Positions 56,233 to 64,000 of a stretch of DNA of 64,000 nt are shown in pieces. The translations under genes were made by a program, and so were the position numbers. The stretch comes from the human T2T-CHM13v2.0 reference genome, Homo sapiens: assembly GCF_009914755.1 (NCBI RefSeq), contig NC_060942.1; one strand, given 5' to 3'. Position 1 is the first letter of the stretch; every line of letters starts with the position of its first letter. The notes under the pieces were generated by a model that worked only from the letters and a program-made list of their open reading frames with translations, searched no databases and had not been told where the DNA came from.

Positions 56233-56679
56233 CTCTTTAATAACATTTATTACACATAACATATTGTAATTTTCTGTATTTTTCCTTCCTCTATCCACTA
56301 CTATACATTACGACTTTTTAAGGGCAAACAATCCTGTTTTGCTCATTTTTAAATCTTTAAACCATCTATTATAGCATATACTTATGTTAGGTATAAAATA
56401 AATGTTTGTTGAATAAAAAAGCAAACATGGAAGCCACAGCATGAGTAAATTTGAACAAAGATAAAAGCAACCAAGGGTAGTCGCTAACTTAAGGGTCAGG
56501 TTCAATTATGAAAGAGACTAAAGACCAGTAGTTGGCAAAAACGTAGATGGTGTATTAGATTAGAAGTCCATGAAATAAGATACTATTTCCCCAGAAAATA
56601 AGGCTGTCAAGGTACTTCAGAAAGTTCTGTCAAGGATACTAGTAAATTATGCTGAAATTCCCTTGAATTAAATGGAGAA

Positions 56680-57310
56680 ATTTTCCTTGTTTAACAAAAT
56701 AAAATGATGTTTGATCAATTGACTACTCCTATTGAAAAAAATAAAGCATGAATTTTGACCAGACCTCGCATGATATATAAATATTAACTCCAGATGAGTC
56801 ACAGATCTAAATAGGAAAACTAAAACAATGAGGGTTTTAGAAGCAAACATAGGAAAACATCTTCATGATCTTGGGGTAGGCAAAGATTTCTGAAGCAGGA
56901 CACACACACACACTAGTACTAAAGTAAAAGATTGTGAAACTGGATTACACTAAAATAAAAGATGCCTATTAACAAGAGACACTCAAAAACGAGTGGAAAA
57001 GTAAGTTACAAAATGGAGAACACATGTGTAATCTTTACATGCAACCAAGAGCTTATACTGAGTATATGTAAAGAAAAAGGCAAACATGCAAGTAGAAAAG
57101 GGCTGAAACACTTGAGTTCGCCTTCAACCAACAATGCTCTGTTTTCTGTTCTGGTGCTGGTTGTACTGGTACATTCCCTTTGTGAAAATTAACAGAGCTC
57201 TATGCTTATGATTTGTGCCTGTATATATATAGGTATTTTACATATAATGTACATGGGATATATATGTGTGTGTGTATATATAAAAACACAATACAAACAT
57301 ACATTAAAAA
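56680..57310 (+). mobile_element. Old L1M fragment
   Basis: TTTTAGAAGCAAACATAGGAAAACATCTTCATGATCTTGGGGTAGGCAAAGATTTC. Confidence 0.75.
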
Positions 57311-58325
57311 GATAGTGCCCAAATTCATATGTTTAGATTTAATTTAAAGTCTTCATGAGCAACTTCTCAGGTAAAAGGGGCAGGACCCTTCAAAAGCATC
57401 AGTGGAAGTTTTCTTCACGGCGATTTCTAATGCACAATACACTCAATCACACAATATTATAGATTTTTGCAAAACTTCATAACTGGCAACATAATATTAG
57501 TTGTCAGAAATCTTGATATCTTACCCAGATGATTTTAAGGAATATAATGTTTGGATATATAGCAGGCTTAAAAAAAATCCTACTTTAGTATGACTAAAAC
57601 TAACCCTGCAGAGTTCTCCAGTAAGATATTAACAAATATGAAAGATAAATTTTCTTTTCATTTGCTTCATTCTTCCATTAAGTACCTTAGAAATCATATC
57701 TCAATCAATACATCTGATCTTTTCAAATTGAATTATCTTCTTTTAGAGAGTCAAACAAAAGATGTTTTGAATAGATGGAGCATTTGGTTTATTTTACATT
57801 TTTGTGATGAATTCTATTTAAATGCAATTTCTTTACCAATTAAATTATGTTACTACTTGCTGCAAGTTATTATTCTTTAAAAAAAAAGCAAAACTAAAAT
57901 TTAAAGTGATATTCCAAGATCTCATGACTTGATAGTTTAAAAGTAAAAACTTTTAAAATGTAAAAAAATTGTAATATATTGAAGTTATTACAAATTAATT
58001 CTTATGATATTTTACTCATTAATCAGTGTCTTATTTCACAGCACTGAAGATATAATATGGGGAATAATCATAGAAAGATTCATTTACTCAAAAAATATTT
58101 ATGCAGTGCCTTCTCTGAGCTGGCCCTGTTCTTAAAGTTGGGCCTTAGAGGTAAACGGAGGCAAGGTCCCTTTTGAAAAAGCTTAGCACTTACAAGAGAG
58201 AAATAAAGAAACATGGCAAGAAGGAAACCTGATGTGTGAGAGAGGCCTGAGAGGAGCTCACTTAGATTGGGTGGCAGACAAGGAGGTTGAAGGAGAAACT
58301 GAAATCCAAATCCTAGAAGCAGCTG

Positions 58326-58617
58326 GATTAGTGTGTCAGGGCTGTCGTAACAAAGTACCACAAACTGGGTGACTTAAACAACAAAAGCTAATTGTCTTAC
58401 AGTTCTAGAGGAGAGAAATCCAAGATCAAGGTATTGACCGTTGGTTTCCACCAAGGGCTGTGAGGGAAAATCTGTTCCACACCTCTTCCCTCGCTTCTGG
58501 TGGCTGCTGGCAATCTTTGGTGTTCTTGGTTTGTAGACGCATCACCCCATCTCTGCCGTCATCTTCACATGGTGTTCTCCCACTGTGCGTGTCTATCTCT
58601 GTGTTTCAATTTTCCCT
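58326..58617 (-). mobile_element. MLT1C-like LTR 3' half
   Basis: AGGGCTGTCGTAACAAAGTACCACAAACTGGGTGACTTAAACAAC...CATCTTCACATGGTGTTCTCCC. Confidence 0.88.
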
Positions 58618-58733
58618 GCTGACATACTGATCTTGGATTTCCAGCCTCCAGAACTGTGAGACAATATATTTAGGTTGTCCAAGCCACCCAGTCTGTGTCA
58701 TTTTACTACAACAGCCCTAGCAAACTAATATAT
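58614..58733 (+). mobile_element. MLT1 (A-C-like) LTR 3' end in opposite orientation
   Basis: CCCTGCTGACATACTGATCTTGGATTTCCAGCCTCCAGAACTGTGAGACAAT...CAGCCCTAGCAAACTAATA. Confidence 0.88.
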
Positions 58734-61121
58734 GGAACAAAACTCAATATTTTACAATAATTTGTCTTGTTTAACTCCAACCTTAGGGAACTCTAATGAA
58801 AACCTTAAATATATTATAATCCAAGAAATGTCTGAAAGTCACTGTCTAGATGCTTTTCTGAGAAGAGCAAAGAAACAATTCTTTTGAAGAAATCACCTCT
58901 ATAATTTAGGTTCTTCAAATCGGTGAACACTTGGCATTGTATTGGTCATCTATTTTCTTCTCAACATTCATTCACACAGTTTGATATCAATATAGATACA
59001 TTCTAATTGCATATTTTATAATTAGAATAAGTTAGTGGGGTCATTAGATTTCATTTATTTGTCAATAGCTATTTGGTTATTGAGTAAAGTTGTTATTATT
59101 TTATTTATTTAAGACTTTTTATATTAAATTGACATAACCCATCAACCAAATAGAAGCCATGGAAAATTTTTAGTCCCCTCTTGACAAAAGGCAGCAATAA
59201 AAGAAGCCACCACTATCACTTGTCAATGCAAAAGCCAGATTCTCTTCCTTATCTCTTTACCCAACCCTAGATATCTCTACAGAAAGTTTATAAAAATTAT
59301 TAAATTAAGAATTTCTTACAGGTTATTTTCCTAGGAGATGATTCCAGCCTGAATGCAAGGTAGAAATGCCACCACCCTCTAGGTTGTAATCTGGAGATCC
59401 TGTGTCTGATCCATAAACAACAAAGTGATTGTTTTTTCCAACAAGCGACAGGATCCTCTAAGTCAGTCCACAAGTGGAGGTTTCCCTTGGAAATTGCCCT
59501 CATCAGGTTAAAAAAAAATGACAAGAGCAAAAAAATACTCCAGAGAGCTTCCCTTTTAAGCTGCTGGATCAATGTGTCTGTCATCTGACCTCGTGTAAAA
59601 TGTGAAAACTCAAATCTTAGGTAGCATAATTACCCTGTTATCCCGTTCTACTGCCCTAAAGTGGCCATCATTCAATTGTCGTCAGGTTAGACCATCAGTA
59701 TCCATGAACCGAAGGAGTAGATTTCTCTCTTAATTTCTGACTGCAATCCTTTTGTCTTTTCCTGCTCTCTGTGACAAAGGCAGTACAGTGCTTCTGAGAT
59801 GAATAGCAGAAGACAGTACAACAAATTAATACAAATGAAGTCATTCCTGAGTGACTCCATCTGCTTTAGAAATAAGGCTCGGACAATAACGTGGCCAAGA
59901 TCCAGATAATTAGGCCTGACTCCAAATGAAGGCACACAGGTAACTTACAGCTTCATTAACTCTCTTCAAGAAGGCAGACATCCAAAAACTAACCTTAATA
60001 GAGGCAGCATATGATCCATTGACAATCTGTTTGATATTAAAAAATGAACTTTGTTTTTGCAACGTTGCATGAACAGTAGGCAAATAACATATGCAACTCA
60101 AAATATCATGGACCAAGGCATGGTTTAGCATCCTAGATGCCAGTCTCAAAACTTGGAGAACAAAGCCCTTAATTTTTGTTTACAGAATTTAATCAAAAGG
60201 CATTAATAATCTAGCAACTAAGAAAGGCACATAAGGTGTCTGCAACTGCCTTCTCTCTGTAATCAACAGGAAGATTATTAGGCAATAACAAATGTTATTC
60301 ATCTTCATAATGGCTAAATGACAGCCTGTTTAAAAATAACAAATGACTACTCCTCATTGACTATTACAGGGTGAACATGACCTTCACGTATTTTAAGCAA
60401 ACAAGTCCTCTTTTCAAAGACTTCAGGAGTCTTTTAATTGATAATGATGAGATGTTTTATCTTTACCAAGGGATGCTAAACCTTGTAAGATGCTGTTTAA
60501 ATTGAGATAATTTTATCCAGCCCCCTGAGTTAGAAAAGACCCTGAAGGTCTCCCAATTATTTTTTTTTCATAAACAAGGTATTAGTGAACCACAAATGTA
60601 ATTAGTTAACTGTACTGTGTATAGAAACTTTATACATATTTCTGTTGTGGAACAGTGAGTTTCAAGTCACAGGTCAAAAAAATAAAAGATCTTAAAATTG
60701 GATTTTCAAAGATTATCCTTACTTACTTTGAAGTACAAGCATTGTATATTTCTCATTACGGTGGATATCAAGGCTTCGACTGAAAGCCTGAAAGCTCTCT
60801 ATGGCTTCTAAATAGTTTTGACAATCATAACAAACCTAACTCACAAATGCCTTTTATAGCACTTTAAGTTTTCAGCTTTCTGCATCTCCCAACCAGCACT
60901 TTCAGTGACATAACATGACGAGTTGCTCCAATGTGACACAGCAATTCTGACATGCAGGGACCAGCGAGGGAATCACTCAAAGATAACCTGCTAACCTTCC
61001 TGACACAACCAAGTCAGCAGAGGAGCGACTACAACTGCTGCTATTGTTTCAACATCATAAGCCAAACAAACTGTAAACTACCCGCAGTACCGGGGGCCTT
61101 ATTCATCTGCCAGAGCCCTGC

Positions 61122-61510
61122 TGTGGTAAGCAGAATAATGCCACCCACCAAAGATGTCCAGGTACTAATCCCTGAAACCTGTAAATACATTGTCATAATG
61201 CCTAAAGAGACAGCAGATATGATTAGATTAAGGACTCCGAGATGCGAGGGGTTGGAGTGATGCACTTTGAAGATGGAGGAAGGGGCCACGAGCCAAGGAA
61301 TGCAGGCGGCTGCTATAAAATGGAAAAGGCAAGGAAACAAATTCTCCTGTGAAGCCTCCAGAAGGAGCACAGCACTGCTGACACTTTGGTTTTAAGCCCA
61401 TTGAAACTTTGACTTCAGACTTCTCCAGAAATGGATGAAAATAAATTTGTGTTGTTTTAAGCCAATAAGTTTATGGTAATTTGTTGCAGCCACAATACAA
61501 AATTAATACA
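61122..61510 (+). mobile_element. MLT1D-like solo LTR
   Basis: TGTGGTAAGCAGAATAATG...AAAGATGTCCA...CTTTGAAGATGGAGGAAGGGGCCACGAGCCAAGGAATGCAGG...AATTAATACA; TSD CCTGC (61117-61121) / CCTAC (61511-61515). Confidence 0.9.
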
Positions 61511-64000
61511 CCTACAGATGTCTCTGGGCTCAAAACTAGCAAGTGGCTTGGGCTTCTGATGGTAAAGTCATCCCTCTCTCGGCCAAAAAACCATCACTAT
61601 ATAAGTAGGCAGGACAACGACAGAATTCCGTGGGTAAAATTTTTTTAAGCTGAAAATTAAGTATCACCAAACTTTTATTTGGAGGCTAGAGCCACTGAAG
61701 CATTTATAATAAGAAAGAAGTACATATTTTCTCCAAACACAGGTAAGATACTTTGTATTTTAGGCTGGAATTTCTTCTGTAAACTTACAGAGCCCAACCA
61801 AATGTTTTCCTAGCTCTGAGATCCTAAGTCTCTTGCCCACATCAGATTCGTCTGCTAACTTTGATATTGTGTGGAGGTATTTCACTTTTATTTACAAGGA
61901 AATAAGTTTTCCTTTGTGCTTTATTTGATGATAATCCTGATTATTTCACCTCAGGTCCTGTTTCCTCTAAAGAGAAAATTTAGCTGCAAATCAGCAAAGG
62001 TTATTTATCATCGACTTGCCTTTTCTCAGGGACTGAGTATACACATTGATTTTGTAACATGGTTATCAAATTATCTTCATATATCAGCTAATGGCTAAAC
62101 AAACAATGTCACAAACAAAAGTAAAAGACATCTTGGTTTTTAAAGGAAGTAATGTGCCTGCATTTCCAAAAAGCTATGTGATGTACACCAGCCACTGTAA
62201 TTAAAAGCATTTTTTAAAGTCCTTGTCCTGAGCTCTCAGGACAAATTAGGAGACTATCATGCTTAAGTCTGTGACTTTTCTAAATGAATTCATCTAAAGT
62301 AGCATGTCAGCAGGGAGATGGAAAAGGAGTTGTTTTCTGATAAAGCTTGAGGCACATAGTTTAAGTTAACGAGACATGGCAAGAGCAGGTGGGTAATTCG
62401 ATGTTCACACAGTGTAATGGGCCAAAGGCTAATTACTATTCACTGTAAAATGAACATAAAAGTCGCAATTATGCCTTCATCCTAGTGGATGTGATGTATT
62501 AAAAGCTATCAGCTTCACCTTCTGTAATAACAGCTTTTGTCTGTTTGCACCAAGATGTGTGAAAATAAGACGTATGTGGAAAAGGAGAGCTCTGTGACTT
62601 TACACAAGAGCAAACATTGGCTTCTCGTTGTCCCCATTTCTCTGCTCAAGACACAAAGGAAAGATGATACCCTGTGGCTTAGAAATGTCATTTGTAAATA
62701 TGATGCTTTTCTTCCTTGGCTATGAAATGCTGCCAAGTTAACTGTTCACATAAGGACTTTTCCCTTGCCGACCCTTCATGTCAACTGTGAACCACAGATA
62801 AATACAGAGTTCACAAGGTGAAAGTCTCAACCACGAAGTTCAAGTTGTCAGAGTCAGAGTTGCATCTGAGTAATGCTGGCAGGCTGAACTGAGTGTCTAC
62901 CACCATCTTTGCTAATGGCATCCAACCAACAGGGCTATTCCATCTTCCTGTTGTACAACTAATGACAACTTGTGAAAAGTGCACATGGAAGGTAAAAAAA
63001 GGAAAGATAATGGATAAGGTTCAGGGATGCCTGTATTGTAGAATAATTCACCTGTGATGCTAGAATAAAAATCTTAAGAGTACTAACAGAAAAGAAAATC
63101 ATGATCTCCTAAGGAGAGGAGAAAGGATGCGGAATATCTGAACATCAATTGCAACGGGAATTCTTATTTCCAGCTTGGAGAAAGGAAAGCCAACTCTGAC
63201 CTTGTCTGCCAAGATCCCACCACTTGAAGACTTCTAGGATATATCTGTTTAGTGAGTTTCTAACCATGCATATTCCATGCATCCTGGACACCACTTTCCT
63301 TCTTTACTTTGTCTCAGCTTGTTCTCTGATTAACCTTCTGTTCATCATCCCAGACCTATCACTGATTTATAGATAATCTCCTTTTTCATACCCCAGCACC
63401 GCTGAGAGGGACTAGCCAGCTCTTTCCTATCTCTAGCTTGACCTCACCCTTCTACTTGAGAGCTACCTCTCAAGCAGCCCCGGTGGGTACAGCGTGGTAG
63501 TTCCAGGACCTGTCCGTGCACCAGAGGGTCAGGTACTCAGCAAATATTAGAGAGCCGCATGTGAAATGTCAATTCATTTAGGATTGGGGAAATATAATGT
63601 ATTACAGTTATATAACAACAGATCACCTATGTACACAGTCAATGCAATACTTTTCATTATTCAACTCGGAATTCTCCAAACACAGTGAAGAAAATTTTAT
63701 GGGAAAAAAAGCCTTGTACTTGGTATGAAAAGATGTCAGTCTAAGCAGGGATTGTGCTCAGATGATTTCTACCTTTGCTTCAATCCATGCTTCATAAGGA
63801 CTCTACCTTGATTGCCAAATTTTAAAAGGAAAGTTCAATTTAAATTTACTGATGCCATTTAACATTTCTTATTCTCAAAAGTTGCAGAGATTTTAGGATA
63901 GATCCTTAGAACGTTGGTTTTGGTTTAAAACATCAGCTTCCAGGGACAACATGGTCAAAGCACAAAGTTTTAATCTGTGCCAGGAAAACATCAGTGCCAA

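Overview
Primate (human-like) genomic DNA: AT-rich, CpG-depleted and dominated by interspersed repeats. I see no intact protein-coding gene, RNA gene or CpG island, so it reads as intergenic or deep intronic sequence. Almost all listed ORFs are decayed L1 ORF2, THE1-internal or Alu reading frames, or chance ORFs. The main elements are an old L1PA ORF2/3' segment interrupted by a full-length THE1B provirus with a 5-bp TSD, two twin-primed (5'-inverted) L1 insertions, eight Alus, many MaLR/ERVL LTRs, L2/MIR relics and hAT MITEs. I found no new biological system that the sequence supports. The best oddities are a locally templated ~65-bp insertion inside an L1, a ~170-bp local duplication, a probable orphan retrocopied 3'UTR, an L1 fragment fused to a foreign polyadenylated tag, and several minus-strand exon-like segments that could belong to an unannotated spliced transcript. 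Repeat subfamily names come from recalled consensus sequences and boundaries without a TSD are approximate.
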